Below are positions 25,090 to 37,884 of a DNA stretch of 64,000 nt, piece by piece. Below the pieces are notes generated by a model. That model saw only the letters and a program-made list of their open reading frames with translations. It did no database searches and was not told the origin of the DNA. This DNA is from Octopus sinensis. Lineage: Eukaryota. Numbering within the stretch: the stretch's first letter is position 1; every line of letters starts with the position of its first letter. The DNA lies in NCBI RefSeq assembly GCF_006345805.1, contig NC_042998.1, forward strand, positions 75,206,001 to 75,270,000, in the 5' to 3' direction. A program made the position numbers and the translations under genes.

Positions 25090-25214
25090 TAAGCAATAAG
25101 GTTCAGCAACGAATTGCCTACACATACGAATTTAAATAGCTATAACCCTTTGACTGCTATTTCTAATTCGGTATGTGGTAAGGCAATTCGTTGCTGAACC
25201 CTTATGCTTAGTAT
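25086..25214. repeat. Small foldback or MITE-like element with about 55-bp inverted arms
   Basis: ACTAAGCAATAAGGTTCAGCAACGAATTGCC...AAATAGC is inverted at 25155-25214 around a loop of about 13 nt. Confidence 0.85.
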
Positions 25215-25308
25215 TACTTAAATTTTCCTCAAATGAGGCTGTTACATGCCGAAGACTACTTGGTGTAATTGATAATTATTCCAAATTAATAATTTCACCC
25301 TCTACGGA

Positions 25309-25345
<37 letters not shown>

Positions 25346-25349
25346 TATA

Positions 25350-25737
25350 TCTCTCTATATATAAAACTGAATTTGTCTGTGTATGGCAGGTTTGGTAGCC
25401 TTCAACTAACACTATCTCCTCCGAGAACCTGACGCAAGTTGACCAAAATTGAGTATGATAGAAGAAGGCTTGCTCTTTTTTTCCGTAGAAGAAAACATTC
25501 AAATCGGACCGTGTTAACACCACAAATTATTTACATAAAAATGGTGCTTTTTTTCTATGAAAATCCCTATTTTTACGATATTTTGACTGCTGTATCGCCA
25601 TCTTTTGATGTATTTCAACCAAAAAAATGTTCTCTTAAAGAGAATAACAAGCTACATAATGCAAAACTTTTACTTTCCAAAATTTCCAATTCTAAAGGGT
25701 CGAAACAAACCCGAGCAACGCTGGGCGATAGTGTTAG
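25350..25737 (+). mobile_element. Non-autonomous Helitron
   Basis: Starts with TC after an A, has the 3' hairpin CCCGAGCAACGCTGGG and ends TTAG (decayed CTAG) before a T. The 3' end is shared with 50748-51144. Confidence 0.75.
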
Positions 25738-28254
25738 TAATGTTTAAATTATATTGTCAGTGAAAGAATTTCAAGAAGATTATAAACCTTTGGAAGATCT
25801 TATAGTTTACTTAATGTTTTACAGGCTTTGCTAAGGAAGTAAATTCCACTCTTTAAAAAATATATGAACGACGTACAACTATTTTTAGAAATAAGTGTCT
25901 TAGCATTTTCTCTGATTGTTGAAAAATATAATAAAAATATGGGTACTAATAATTATTTCTCATATTCGCACAAGACTAAAAATAAGCGGGCGGGGAGGGA
26001 AACAGTCGATTATAACGACTTAATTATAAAATAGCCAATAATTTAGATATTTTCTTCAGCACAATTCCATGACATTCAAAGGGAAGAAGCAATATATTCC
26101 TTATGTTATTGTAATAATTTGTTTTGAAGACTTAGCTACGTATTTATTCATTTATTTGTTTTAACAGAGAGATAACAAACATTTGACTGCCGCGTAATGT
26201 AATGGCGTTTTGGAAATCTTATAAACAAAGGCATTTTGTTTTAAATAGCAAAAAAGAATCTTATAAAATTAGTAACGTAACATTAATTTCTAATAAAATT
26301 CATTAATATAATTAGTGAAGAGATAAGCGTTAATATGTGTGATAAGACGGTATCTTAATGAGGTTTTAACGTATTTGGCTTAAATATATAAAATTCTGAT
26401 AAAACGGAGCAGTGAAATCAAATAAAGAATCTTAATCAGTGCATCTTAAACTAACGCTTCAGAATGAATTCATTAAGAAATAAAAGGCCATAAATGTGAT
26501 TAAACCTCCTTAGAAGGATTACGTTTTCTTCACAGACACTTCAGAAGTGTTCAGAACATATATAGCCTGAAAGATATTTGAAGACATTACCGTTGACTTG
26601 AAGTACTGGGATACGGAAATAGACTAACAAACAAAAGGAAAGTAGAGAGCTTCTTACGACGCAAGGAGGAAAATATTTAAAAACAAATTATATATTCTAG
26701 CGCAAAAATCCATCTTCAAAAGAATGCAGTTAAGAAATGTGAGTGAACGCAGATCCTGCCATTTGGATAGCTGGACGAGTGAATACACTACTTCTGACAA
26801 TCTGTAGTCAGCCATTCACCACCGTCTCCACTGTGATCTCTACAGCCACAAACAAAATCTTTGGAAGAACTATTACTGTTATCACATTCAGCATGAATAA
26901 TGTGTGCGGTAGGAGAGATGTAATTACTCTCTCGGCTATCTTAATGGTAGTATTTTTGTAAACTCAAGTTTATTAACTATATTCTTCTGAAGATGGACAT
27001 TTGCGCATGAAATATATAATGTTTTTTTAAACCTTCCTCCTTGTATTGTAAGAAACTCTCTTCCTTCCTTTCTTACTTGTTATTCTACTTGTATACGATG
27101 ATAATACACTTCAGCGGTACGATATATAATATAAATATACCATTACTATTTGAAACAAGCATCATATGAACATTTACTTCCAATAAGTGAATAGTAAATT
27201 AGATATGAGTTACTGATATCAAGTGTTGCGTTATAGTAGAAAGCAATATAAAATTCATCCAGAGTTATTGTTAAATACTATGAAAGTGCAGCATTTTATC
27301 AGAGATTGGGTTGCAATATAAAAAAGAATATAAGAAAAAGAGTTCGTTTATCACTCGTAGTACTTTGGTGCCAATTAGAAACATTTATGATATTCAAGGA
27401 ACAAATGAGTACAGAAAAATTGTAAAACAAGGGACGCTTTCCAAGGAATACGCTTATTGGAATGAATGAATACCATGTGTAACGTTAAAGAATGATAATA
27501 TAAATGCCTGTTCAGGTCTAGTAACGCAATAAAAATCCGTTTCTTTTACACAAAAGGAAATGCTGAATTTTACACAGTAGCTGCTATTATATTAGATAGA
27601 GTTCTGAATAAAGGCAGATTACTCATTTATTCAATACTATTTTGATTCTTTTCATATAAAATTTTGCCTCCATTAGAATACATTCTAGGCAAAAAGTAAA
27701 ACGTCTTCAGTCTAACCGCTTTGTACTTAAAATAATGTATGGTAATTAATTATGGTTCAAAATATGTTGCAAACATAGACACCCATTTTGCTGACCCTTT
27801 TATAGATACTAGTTTAACAAAAGCTTCAGTACAAAACTCTAGGCTCATAATTGTCTCCTATACTATCCTACCTGATATTATATATACGTACAGGTGCACA
27901 CACATATATACACGCACATACACGCGTACATATATAAATACATAAATATATACATATTTACATACACACACATATATTCACTCACATGCACATATATGCA
28001 TACTTAACATTCACACAAAATGACACCAGCAAAGCTGCCGTAGCTAGTACCTACATAAACAAATGTGTAATCTTCAAATCCTTTCAACATTACGCCCTTG
28101 ATATTATTGTAATATCTCTCTTTTCGGCCTCCATCAGTGTACAGAGGGGCATATAGTGTTGATCCGATGAAAGTAATATATGGCAATTAGCTGTGTGATT
28201 CTAACCTTCTATCACTGGATACAAATAATAAATTCGTTAATATATATATATATA

Positions 28255-28620
28255 ACGCCACTGTAATCGTGATTGGAAATCAAAAAAATTTGTCCATGAC
28301 TCTTCCACTTTTTCCTCGTCCTCTTTTACCTTTCTTCTTCTACTTCCACTTTTCCACTTGTGTCGCCACCACTTACACCTACACTTTTCTTCACTCATTT
28401 CCTTCAGGTCATTCAAAATGTGACCTCGTGTGTACCGTTGGCGATTTTTTTCCTCCGTCTTCCCTTCTCTGGATCTTTCCTTCTCCTATGTTTCCGACGA
28501 AGAGCTCCGCTCGAAACGTTAAACCCTCCTTCTTTCCTTCTTTTCTGAGCGTCCAATAATACTACATTTGTTCCACGTCCTCGTGTTGTGTTTTTTGTGC
28601 TTTCATGTTTGGATTAACTA
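28255..28620 (+). mobile_element. PLE pLTR-like fragment, family C
   Basis: Pyrimidine-rich body, a hammerhead at 28490-28524 and a tail ending at (TA)n. Confidence 0.7.
28490..28524 (+). ncRNA. Minimal type I hammerhead ribozyme (U4C variant)
   Basis: GTTT-CCGACGA-A-GAGC tcc GCTC-GAAA-CGT-T-AAAC: 4-bp stem I, 4-bp stem II and palindromic stem III (ACGT). Confidence 0.6.
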
Positions 28621-28939
28621 TATATATATATATATATGTATGTATATATACATTTTGGGGTTTTTATTTGTAAAATAGTCACAGCTCCCTAAACCCACCG
28701 CATTCCACAGACACTTAGATAGATATGTGAGGTCACAACCACATCCACAAAATAACGTCCTAATGATCACCATCTTTTTCTACAACATTTGAACGTTTGA
28801 ACCTCGTGAGGTGAAGAGTAGTCTGAAGAGCAGTTGACATCACTACAACACATACTTCAATACTTCAATTTCGTAATCTATTATCCTTTGAATCATTTTT
28901 AAAGTCCCGTTTCCCTACATACCATTCTCCACGACCACA

Positions 28940-28941
28940 TG

Positions 28942-29005
<64 letters not shown>

Positions 29006-29031
29006 TTCAAAAAATTGAAATAGTTATACAG

Positions 29032-29075
<44 letters not shown>
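28940..29075. repeat. (TA)n/(TG)n microsatellites
   Basis: Read directly from the sequence. Confidence 0.96.
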
Positions 29076-29076
<1 letters not shown>

Positions 29077-29079
<3 letters not shown>

Positions 29080-29308
29080 CTCTATTACCCACAAGGGGCT
29101 AAACATGGAGGGGACAAACAAGGACAGACAAACGGATTAAGCCGATTACATCGACCCCAGTGAGAAACTGGTACTTTATTTATCGACCCCGGAAGGATGA
29201 AAGGCAAAGTCGACCTCGGCGGAATTTGAACTCAGAACGTAGCGACAGACGAAATACCACAAAGCATTTCGCCCGGCGTGCTAACGTTTCTGCCAGCTCG
29301 CCGCCTTT
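29077..29308 (-). mobile_element. Young, apparently complete tRNA-derived SINE with Nin-like core
   Basis: Minus strand AAGGCGGCGAGCTGGCAGAAACGTTAGC...GAGTTCAAATTCC (B-box-like)...GTCGACTTTGCCTTTCATCC. Confidence 0.92.
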
Positions 29309-29414
29309 TATATATATATATATATATATATACATACATGCATACATGCATACATACAAACATACATTCATACATACATACATACATACATACATACATA
29401 CATACATACATACA

Positions 29415-29450
<36 letters not shown>

Positions 29451-30285
29451 CTAGCTTAAAAGCCGCCAGATAGGGCGGCATTTAACCTAGGTCATGTGGA
29501 GGGCTCTTCATTAGGCCTTGGACGCAACAACTACACTTCATGCATTGATTACATATCAAATTTTATTAAACTTCAACAATATTTTTCAAGCAATGAACAA
29601 TTTTCGTCAAAACAATGATGTAATTTGTCGACTTTGAAGTTATTGCAAAGTTGCATGATAGAAAATAGAACAACCATCATCGCCACCACTTCTGCCATAC
29701 AAACACCATTCAGACTTCTGACGTCATTGCCAACAATACCTTTGACTTCGTCGCCTTTCCATCCATCACCACTATCTTTCACATCACTTTCTCTGGAATC
29801 ATCCCTCACCGCCTCGGCTACGACCACCACCACTATCACCGCCACTTCTGCCTCTATCTAAATACAGCTCATACTATTATTACCATCCTATTGCCATCAC
29901 AAAAAGGCTAAATGTGTGTATTTGCTCAGTATGTTACTTCAGCTTGTTAGTTCAATGTTCAGTCCCTCTTCCTCTCACATACCCACTCTTTCTCTCTCTC
30001 TCTTATTATTATTATTACTCCCATTGCCACCATCAACACTACTACTTTTAATAAAACACATCAACTCTCCCTAAATTTCTTTGTCTTTCTGTCTCTTCCT
30101 GTCTTTTTCTTTCTTTCTCTCTCTGTCTTCGTCACCGCCCTCACCTATGCCTACTATTACTCTCACCCGAAGATGAGCAAAAATAGGAATGTCATTGAAT
30201 AAGGAGAGAGGGGATCACAGTGTGACACACTGACAGACAAATTAGTTTTCGCATTATATATATATATATATATATATATATAAGA
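29451..30285 (-). mobile_element. Non-autonomous Helitron
   Basis: The minus-strand 3' end is GCCGCC-ctatct-GGCGGC, then 7 nt, CTAG and T. The 5' end TCTTATATA...AAAACTAATTTGTCTGTC resembles the 5' end at 25350. Confidence 0.75.
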
Positions 30286-30630
30286 AAATAGTAAAGTGTG
30301 AAAAAACGACAGAAGGCTTAAATGTTAAAAAATATATATATTTGTGTCAAAATGTCTGGAGAATATTGGAAAAATTTTTTTTCCTTTCCTTAAAATGACA
30401 TAATTTTAAAATTTTTAAAGAAATTACCGGTTTCGCGTGTAGCTTTTCAAATTTCTTGTGACGTTATGTTTATATTGCATGGAGTTATCGTTGTTTTTAT
30501 TTCCAGGAGATTTCTAAATAAGGGGAGGTAGTGAGTGATTTCTTCCGGTGTAAGGGAGATAATCGCTTAAAAATTTTTTTCCCTTTTCCTTGTTAATTTC
30601 TCTGTGTCAGTATGTTCCAAACAAACTTTC

Positions 30631-30731
<101 letters not shown>

Positions 30732-30732
30732 A

Positions 30733-31050
30733 AAGGAGCACTCCGTCGGTTACGACGACGAGGGTCCCAGCTGATACGATCAACGGAACAGCTTGCTCGT
30801 GAAATTAACGTGCAAGTGGCTGAACAAACCACTAGGGGTACACGTTACCCCCTAACATAGTTCTCAGCGTGAAACGGAGTGTGATGAGGCTGGCTTTTAA
30901 AATACAAGTACAACTCATTTTTGCCAGCTGAGTGGACTGGAGCAACGTGGAATAAAGTTTCTTGCTCAAGGACACAACGCGTCGCCAGGAATCGAACTCA
31001 CGACCTCATAGTCGTGAGTCAAATGCCCTAACCACTAAGCCACGCGCCTT

Positions 31051-31053
<3 letters not shown>
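30733..31053 (-). mobile_element. tRNA-derived SINE (OR/OK-like)
   Basis: The head GGCGCGTGGCTTAGTGGTTAGGGC...GAGTTCGATTCC has clear A and B boxes. The tail is shared with the 38868 and 49865 copies. Confidence 0.9.
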
Positions 31054-31087
<34 letters not shown>

Positions 31088-31524
31088 GATGATCTTGCTG
31101 TTAGCCCATCTCTCATTCAAATGTTAATGGTTTCGACCATAGCACACGTCATAAAAAGCTATATATTTTACTGAGTTGCTGCCAATAGCAACGAAAATAT
31201 TTCCATATTTGCTAACAAAGTTAAGCATCTTGAATCTGGATTCAGTTTACTAACCAGATAATTCATTAACGAAAATACTCATACACAAACACTTCCATAA
31301 TAAATAACATATCTAATCGCCTGAAAATGTTCTAGTGCGAAAAATCTAAGAAACAAAAGGACGAAAATAATTAAAGTATTCGCCCTAAGACAAAAACCTA
31401 ATTAACACTTACTATCTCTGAATACTAAAAATCATTGGCTGCTTCTCGATTCTATTTAATTTCGACTGTTACGAACAGAAGCAAAATAGACCGATGCCAA
31501 TCAATAAACTCTTTAATAATAATT

Positions 31525-31612
31525 TCGATTTTTGGTACAAGGCCAGCAATTTTGAGAGAGTGGTAAGTGACCCTGTGTTTAACTGGTACTTACTTTATCG
31601 ACCTCGGTGGAA
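31525..31612 (-). mobile_element. SINE fragment (Nin-like core)
   Basis: Contains CTGGTACTTACTTTATCGACCTCGG. Confidence 0.6.
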
Positions 31613-32289
31613 ATATACTCTCTAATAATGTCAATAAAATTTATGCTTTACATTTCACCTACTGTTTTACCTCTCTAAGAGGTAACAGTGCTAAGCATGA
31701 CATACTAGTTATAAATATATATGAGCGTTTATGTGTGTGCGTTTGTATGTGAAATGGATGGGATGAGGGTACGTATATATATCTTTCATTGTTTCCAGGC
31801 AGCTTTCTAATACCACGTGACTTTTACATTGGTAACAGGATATAAGTCACGCAACCTGCTATAAAGGTACAGTTCTTGAACAAAAAATATCGTAAAGTAG
31901 AAGATTTTCCACAAGCTCATCTATATTTAATTTATATAGTGTAACAAATTTGAAGTTTTACGTGTATTCTTCAAAATTCTACAATTCAAGGTTATAAATA
32001 AAACTATTTCGCATTTTTAATAAAGTTTTTTTTTTTGAAAATTCCGATGAAATGTATCTCACTCACATTAATTATAATGTACATCTGATAACTGTATACA
32101 TATACTGAACTGAGAATTAACTTGTAGATATTCCATATTTTATATATGTGATATAGTTGAGGTTCATTCTTTCCGTTTCTTTAATTAAGGTAGCTCTGAA
32201 TTCGTAACATTGTCTGTTTATGCGTAATCCTTAAATTCATTGCTCAGTCGAACTAACATTATGCAGCCTAAGTACATGTGCATACAGAA

Positions 32290-33020
32290 CAGCAACATTT
32301 TATCTCCCCCCTATGGATAGTCTTGGGAATAGTAGCGGTTGTGGTGCTGATGATTGGTAACTTCAAGAAATACGTGTTAGAAAAGTTCTGTTTCTTAGAC
32401 TTGAGACTTTGAAGATGACTGGTAGATAATGATCAATATCTGTTGACTTCCAGTAACTTTTGGAACTATATGATACGGATAATACATTCTTCCATTTTGC
32501 TATACTTGTACTAGATACAAATTAATTCGTTTCGTAAGTACTCGGCGCTAGGGATGATTCGGGAGGAATCATCTGTATAGGTTCGAGACATACGGCAAGT
32601 AACTGTATTCTAGAATAATGTCTTGATGTCACTTCAAAATTTTTAGATGGATGTCGGGTTGAAGAAAGAGACTGATGATAGTAGTGTAAACATTTCAAAT
32701 ATTGAGCTTATTCTCAGAAAAATGCATGAATGAGTAAAGCATCTTCATGGTCAAATGCATGGGTGGTATCACAATGATGCATTCTCCCTCAGGGTGAAGA
32801 TGGGGAATTTCTTACTTGATATGGTGAATATGGTGAATCTTGTATTGTGGAAAGGGTGGATCTAGAGAATATTTTCCACGTGTGTAACGGGTGGAGTTTG
32901 ATATAAAGTAAATATCTAGAAATTCTCTAGGGAAATATCACTCCTGCAACCATTGCTACAAAGTGAAGGGCAACAGAACTCTGCAAAATTAGTGGATAAA
33001 AGTAACATAGAATAATCATT
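32290..33020 (-). mobile_element. Penelope/Neptune-type PLE fragment (RT C-terminus and thumb)
   Basis: With frameshifts, the minus strand gives FLDI, then YLLYIKLHPLHTWK for YL.Y.S.HP, then FDHE..L..AFF*E for F...L...F..RGY, then F.KLPII. Confidence 0.55.
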
Positions 33021-33104
33021 ATAAGGGAACAATAAAAAAATTAAAGCCGTACATACACGTGAACCACATAAAACACTCACACGCGTTCATAAAAGCACCT
33101 CATA

Positions 33105-33158
<54 letters not shown>

Positions 33159-33167
33159 CTGTTGTGT

Positions 33168-33410
33168 CTAAAATTTTCGTTGCGTCTTTCAGCCTTTTCA
33201 ATAGTCAAGAGTCAAGACTATTGAAAATGTTGCAAGACGCAACGAAAATATTTAGAAATTAAAAATAAGAAATAAGTGGAAATTTTACCGGTGAATGTGT
33301 TAAATAATAAGGCACAAAAAGAGAATGACTCTCCCCAGACACAACAGAATATGCTTCAACACACGAACTCATATAAAGAATCTTGCAAACCAAATCCAAA
33401 CACGAAATAT
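33168..33410. mobile_element. PLE pLTR-like family A, head-to-head inverted pair (short left arm, long right arm)
   Basis: A hammerhead motif lies on the minus strand at 33168-33204 and on the plus strand at 33218-33255. The right arm ends at (GATA)n. Confidence 0.85.
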
Positions 33411-33411
33411 G

Positions 33412-33453
<42 letters not shown>

Positions 33454-33454
33454 C

Positions 33455-33547
<93 letters not shown>

Positions 33548-33552
33548 GAGAT
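33410..33552. repeat. (GATA)n microsatellite
   Basis: Read directly from the sequence. Confidence 0.98.
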
Positions 33553-33559
33553 AGAAGCT

Positions 33560-35400
33560 AATTGAGTAAATAAACAATTTTTTATTTCTAAAATTATTGC
33601 ATATTTTCCATAAATCTTCTCTATCGAAGTTACTAAGTTGTATATGTACTTCATCATGATTTTAGTGATTAAGCTATTTTCACATCCTTTTCCATGGTGT
33701 TTCTACGCTACCTAATCATTTCAATACTCTATAATTACCTTTATATAAACCTAAATTGTTGTAACCCTATAAAGCCATACTTAGCTTTATAAAAACAATA
33801 TAGGTATCGTCAAAATTTTAAAATTAAAATGCCTAAATTAAGATTTATCTAATTTGCAATAAATTTATTCTGTCACCTAAATGGTAAATCTCCATGATAG
33901 CCTTATATTTTAACCTTATACAAAAAATGTCATATTGTTCAAAATAGTTTTAGTAATTAAGTTTTTTATTCCTTTCTTAAAATGTTCTATCCCCTTAATT
34001 TTGATATCTATATTGGTTTTAAATGGTCCCTCAAATTAAGTACTCCTAATAAACTGTAATATTATTTATAGATTAACACAAATAACTTTTGTAACCTATA
34101 TTATACCTCTTTATTTAATATTACTATATGGTTAACTTGTTCTCTTAACAAACATTCTCTTTTCAACTAATACCGAGTTTCAGCGCTGTTTATAGTAAAC
34201 TAAATACGCTAATTTTATAGCTCATAAATTATGATACGTTTTCTATATAAACTTGCTATTAAAGTTAATAAGTTATGAATATTTTATTTTTGATTAATCT
34301 ATTTTATTCTTTTTCCAGGATGCTCTACCCTAACTGATCATTTTATTATTGTTATTATATAACAACAATGACTTATATATAACCTTTCTAAATAAGTACC
34401 AATTAGAAAATATAAATATTATGTAGGGTGTAATAATAATAACATCTTAAACCTATAATATAACCCTTAATTTTACGAAAATATTAGTTGAATGTAGAAT
34501 TGTTCCATAACTTAATTATTCCTTTAGCCGATACCAAACATCAGTCTTTTATAGATATTATCTTAACAAGTAAATATAATTTTAGCGTAATATATTTTGA
34601 ATTATTAAACTTTTTTCTAGAAATCTTCTCCATAAGTGTTAACAAGCTAAAAAATACTTTACCATAGTATTAGTAATTAAACCATTTTACCCCTTTTCTA
34701 TGATGTTCTGCCCATGATTATTTTATTTTATTTTAAGATTAGCCTTTATTTATTTATTTATAAAATTATTCTAAGTCTTTTATCTCTATAAATTTCATAT
34801 TCAGCTTAAAAAAGCTATGCTGATACAACACTACTTATAATTATTAAAAAATCTGCTCAGGCTAAAATTTTTAATATATAATTAGCGTGTTCTTTTACCT
34901 CAATACTCCTTTATTAATATCAGTAAATATCATTTAATCAATATTCACAGATATCTGATAAGTTAGTATTTAAGTGTATAAATATTAAACTATTTCTGTA
35001 TTTTCTTTTCCTCCCTCTATTGTAGTAAAAAATTGATACATACTAAAAAGTATTTATAATTATTCTTCTTAATAATCTTTTGACTAACCCTAAACTTTAT
35101 CTGTATACAATATTGTTTTATAGTAGTTAACTGTAGTACTACATGATAGGACTAGCCCTGACCCATTATCAATGGTCTGCTAGTGGGCGACCCTATAACA
35201 TCTTGTCTTAAGTTTTCTCTCACTAAAACTCATGAATCTGCTTCAAATAAATCTTAAGTTTATGACTATAGCATTTAGAATGTTTGTCTAGTCCACCAAC
35301 TCTACCCCAAACAGATACTACCCTCTGTCTTCTCTCATCCGTAAATATACAAAGTATTTGATAAACTAGTCTATAAATTAAAGCTGACCTCGTGACTGGT
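33560..35400 (-). mobile_element. Heavily hypermutated R4/Dong-like ORF (N-terminal region through RT thumb)
   Basis: Decayed motifs in order on the minus strand: RRQRVVSVW (about 35340-35310), HPT*Y (34430-34416), DQLG (34339-34328), RGII*V for RGIFQG (34110-34093), HFLYKVKI*GY for HLLYMDDIKLY (33929-33897), LDKS (33852-33841), K*LG (33721-33710). Motif spacing is only approximately right. Confidence 0.55.
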
Positions 35401-35879
35401 AGTGTCTTGAAAAAAAATTCAGTTATAACTATGATGTTTTTGGTAAAACATGTTCTTTGTCTATCCCATTATCCTCTTGGAGATTTTAGGTAAGATTATA
35501 CTAATGTGCCTTTTGCTCTACATTTGAAATTGATGTAATGAAATGATTGCGTTGTTCAATTAAATGCAGTCGCACGAAACGATCGTACTGCCTTACCTCT
35601 GGATAACCTTGTTGCTTATTTTGAAATTGTATGGATAATACGATACTAAATTCTGGTGCCTCAACTTAAGTACCATATTCATCTGAACCTGAATTATATA
35701 TATATATGCGTGTGTGTGTGTATGAATACAGGAAGACAGACAGAGATTATATATATGTGTGTGTGCGTGTGTGTGTATTTGTGTGTGTGTATTTGTGTGT
35801 GTGTGTTTGTGTGTATGTGATTCCCCTTGTCTGTGATTATGTCCCAACACCTCTTGACAAGTGGTTTGGTTTATTTGCA

Positions 35880-36035
35880 TCGTAGTGAAATAGCAGTTTG
35901 GCCAAAAGAGACCGATAGAATAAGTACCAAACGTTTAAAATATGTAGTTGGATCGAGCTGTTTGACGAAACCTTTCCAGACGGTGCCCCAGCATGGTCGC
36001 AATCCAGTGACTGAAACAAGTAAAGGATTTAATGA
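35880..36035 (+). mobile_element. SINE 3' fragment
   Basis: CCGATAGAATAAGTACC...GGTGCCCCAGCATGGTCGCAATCCAGTGACTGAAACAAGTAAA is the same tail type as 1659-1716. Confidence 0.7.
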
Positions 36036-37079
36036 TAAAAGGTGTAAGTAACTTCCAAGATAGTCGGTTTCATACAAGTTTGCTACATTTATGTTGTTAG
36101 TTTTAGTTATCAAGAAATAAACTCTACGATTTTCTGTATTAAGGCATTCTAAAGTATAAGCAGATATAATGTAATGCATTGCAACTTTCTACAATTAAAT
36201 TTTATATACTAAATAATATTTATAAAATTCTTTTCTGTTTACTAACCACCTAACTCTTATATTTCCTATACCATTGAGCCAAACAGTTCCCTCTATAAAC
36301 GTGTAATGTATTGTACGATGTGTATATTCAATAATATTTACCATGTTAAAATAGCTACATAAGGCTTGACGCATTTAATTTCACAGTCCATTGGTTTCTA
36401 GTCGTTCAGTTCCATAAATACCCATTTAATAAACAAAGCAGGCCTAGCATACCGTTCCTTTGTATTTGCATCCTATAGTGAATGATTTCGCCGTATTTAA
36501 AGTGCCTTCAGTGAAAAGAAAATTTCCTAAACTACCAATGCAGGTAATGATATTTTAACAGAATGTAACATCTTTGAATGATAAAGGATATTATATTTTG
36601 ACCTAGAGATGAGGTAAAGGTAAAGAAAATATTGCATATATTCTGCAGGTTTCTCACATGGTTATCTAGTTGTAGCTTTATGATGTTATGATTTAACAGT
36701 AGCATAATACATGCAGCAGTTAAGACCGCTTGAAAGTCCTGGCCTCATCATCACTGACGAACGCACAAATTCCACATAAAGAAAACTGATCTTTGTCTCT
36801 AGCGCAGAATATATATTGGCTCACAAAAATATTAAGCATTTAATAAAACCTAGAAGTGAGTCGATCAAAAGTAATTGGTTGAAATACAATTTATCAAAAG
36901 TTGTTAAACAAAAACTAATCGAAAAAATATTTGCTCGAATCAGCAATTACCCGAATTATAATAATTATCTAAATAAAATATTGTACATTTTAATGTAATA
37001 CTGATTTCAAATTTTGGCACAGGACCAGTTTTTTGTGTTTATTGCCACGTGTGGTCCAATAACATATAAAAATACATTT

Positions 37080-37113
37080 CTGTGTGTGTGCGTGTGTGTA
37101 TGTGTGTGTGTGT

Positions 37114-37164
<51 letters not shown>

Positions 37165-37165
37165 G
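37080..37165. repeat. (TG)n microsatellite
   Basis: Read directly from the sequence. Confidence 0.98.
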
Positions 37166-37884
37166 TGATATCCTGTGTTCGTCTTCCTGTTTAAGCCTCA
37201 AAACATGACACCTATTCATACACAAATTCTATTATGAAGTCTTCATGAAACAATTTAAAAAGCGTAACAACATGAGTTTTCCATTCTTTAATCTATTCCA
37301 CATATTTAAAACACTATTACGATCCAATGAGTTGTTGACGCGATCAGCTTTAAGTGACTACTTTCAGTCAATTGTAACTTGATCAACTCTGGCGTTTGGG
37401 GTTTGATATTAAGAAAAGTCTTCGTAGGTTTGACATTAATGAAACCCACCTAGAATTGTTGTACCAAGAATTGGCAAGTGTTCTTACAACGGGTACGGCA
37501 TTGCTACTCTTACGCACACACACGCTTTCTTGACCGCATTTATTAAACGGCAATTCGCCCAATTGCTATGAAGCAGTTCACTAAGCTACCCCAGCTTTGG
37601 CTACAGATTTATTTCTTCTCTCTGGTCTTTCCTTTGCAAGCACAATGGCCTTAACGCCATCGGATTTCGCTGGTATTTTGCCACTATTACTCAAGCCTTC
37701 CTAGTTTATTCACCTCCTCTTGTTGAAAATACTGTGTCTATCTCTACTCGATCTAACCATTATGCTTAGTAATCTTTTCCTTCTATGCTCATGTTTTCTT
37801 CCGTGACAAACATTAGCACTATCAATCTTTCCAGCTTGCAAAGGCTAGGAACATAACCCTTCTTTCTAGATAAAACTACTATAA

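Noticed and set aside
35230-35400. VWGRVG on the minus strand suggesting a PARP WGR domain
   Set aside because: No PARP catalytic motifs follow. The downstream motifs fit an R4/Dong RT, whose N-terminus has a similar R.R...W pattern.
36480-36544. Candidate 65-nt exon (AG...GT, NDFAVFKVPSVKRKFPKLPMQ)
   Set aside because: Isolated, with no recognisable homology or partner exons. It would need RNA-seq support.
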